A stretch of 55,151 nucleotides of DNA from Alphaproteobacteria bacterium (GTDB lineage: Bacteria; Pseudomonadota; Alphaproteobacteria; Rs-D84): NCBI GenBank assembly GCA_050943575.1, contig JBMNPL010000003.1:1-55151 (forward strand), read 5' to 3'. Positions 54,336-55,151 of this stretch are shown in pieces. Position 1 is the stretch's first letter. Every line of letters starts with the position of its first letter. Both the position numbers and the translations under genes were made by a program. The notes under the pieces were generated by a model. The model saw only the letters and a program-made list of their open reading frames with translations, did no database searches and was not told where the DNA came from.

Positions 54336-55151
54336 TTAATACGATTTTTCTCTATTTTTAACTTGATTTATAACATGATCTCTAGCTTCTAATTCATATC
54401 TTACGTCACGAATTTGCAGATCATTATATTCTTGTTCAAATTTTTTTAATTCTTTCTCTTGCTTTTTCTTAAACTCTTGTAAATCTTTCTCTTGCTTTTT
54501 ATTAAACTCTTGTAAATCTTCCATTTGTTTTTTATAAAGATTTGCTGAACCTGTAATATATTTCTCTTGCAGATCTTTGTCATATTTTTTCTTTTTTTTA
54601 CCCACATTTTTTAGTTCTGCATTTGCTTGCTTGAACGCTTCTTCTGAAGCTTTTTCATATTTTGCATAATCTTTTAATAATTCTATAAGATTACCATTAC
54701 GTTCGGATTTTGGGTTTTCAATTGTAGCTATCTTACTAATTTTAAATAGCTTATCATACATATAATCCATGACATTAATTGCGTGATTTAAAGTTCTGAA
54801 ATCCTCAAAACGGTAATAATGTAAATCGTTCAATAAATTTTTAAAATTTTGCCTCTCATTTTTCTTTATTGTTATACGAAATTCATTATTTAAAGGTATC
54901 CTAGGATAGTAAAGACGATTTTTATTACATTTAAATAAACCTTTATATTTATTGGGTAATTTTTCATATTCATCAATAGATAATTCAAAAATAAGTTCTG
55001 GTGGGAAATCCCGATCTTTCATATCGTAAAGCATATAAATATCAGTTATACAATTAGATAAATTTAATAAATCATAATACCACTGCTTTTTATTTATCGT
55101 ATAATAAAGATTATTAGAACGAGACTTTATCTGATCAATTAGTTTTTGTTC
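54336..55151 (-). CDS. Hypothetical K/E-rich protein, 5'-truncated by window edge
   Basis: The track starts it at Met 55034. The same frame stays open with no stop for the 39 codons up to position 55151 (EQKLIDQIKSRSNNLYYTINKKQWYYDLLNLSNCITDIY-MLYD...), so the true start probably lies outside the window. Confidence 0.6.
   Translation of the reverse strand, partial: EQKLIDQIKSRSNNLYYTINKKQWYYDLLNLSNCITDIYMLYDMKDRDFPPELIFELSIDEYEKLPNKYKGLFKCNKNRLYYPRIPLNNEFRITIKKNERQNFKNLLNDLHYYRFEDFRTLNHAINVMDYMYDKLFKISKIATIENPKSERNGNLIELLKDYAKYEKASEEAFKQANAELKNVGKKKKKYDKDLQEKYITGSANLYKKQMEDLQEFNKKQEKDLQEFKKKQEKELKKFEQEYNDLQIRDVRYELEARDHVINQVKNREKSY
54451..54522 (-). repeat. 33-bp tandem repeat (2 full units plus a partial unit) inside the last ORF
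   Basis: tctttctcttgctttttcttaaactcttgtaaa / tctttctcttgctttttattaaactcttgtaaa / tcttcc..., encoding DLQEF(K/N)KKQEK repeats. Confidence 0.9.

Noticed and set aside
1-55151. Alternative genetic code (UGA as Trp), as seen in some AT-rich reduced genomes
   Set aside because: TGA terminates tilS (46239-46241) and the 404-aa ORF (31097-31099). All conserved genes are full-length under the standard code.

Overview
This is a strongly AT-rich, gene-dense bacterial chromosome segment that uses the standard code (TGA works as a stop, for example at the tilS/ftsH and 404/474-aa ORF overlaps). The housekeeping backbone and its local synteny look alphaproteobacterial and reduced-genome (Rickettsiales/Holosporales-like). 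That taxonomic placement is inference only, because I could not run any searches. Backbone genes are recO, rpsF-rpsR-rplI, N-domain-less clpB, rne, rph, groES-groEL, grpE, tpiA divergent from a ppiD-like gene, pth, polA, a xerC/D-type recombinase, LOG, tilS-ftsH, gap, miaA, priA and sodB, plus two tRNAs. Three things are interleaved with this backbone. (1) An unusual concentration of signal-peptide ORFs with no family I can name. Four are paralogous Cys-rich proteins (990, 770, 404 and 286 aa) sharing C-x6/7-C-(M/L)-(D/Q)-x2-C motifs. A second Cys-rich family has 283- and 215-aa members with ECxxGF and G(R/K)CxxVCE motifs. Glycine-zipper hydrophobic segments recur in the 593-, 474-, 404- and 1178-aa ORFs, and the 1178-aa ORF is an autotransporter-like protein with an N-terminal ankyrin repeat. 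These genes form tight modules: downstream of pth, downstream of polA, and as an autotransporter + 990-aa pair. (2) A dispersed, modular intergenic repeat family at 8 loci. It is built from degenerate GTTAGTG/GTTTGTG heptamer blocks, their inverted complements, and two conserved hairpins (CTCCTGC-GTAG-GCAGGAG and ATTCCTGC-N4-GCAGGAAT). Every locus abuts a gene 3' end, and one lies next to a GIY-YIG nuclease gene. (3) Smaller oddities: an orphan MotA/ExbB-like channel with a coiled-coil MotB/OmpA partner, a tRNA-Leu that reads as anticodon AAG, a stand-alone VirB11-type ATPase, and a lipoprotein made of a trigger-factor-type PPIase domain. No CRISPR array, rRNA, transposase or prophage is visible. 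All functional calls rest on motifs read by eye from the translations.
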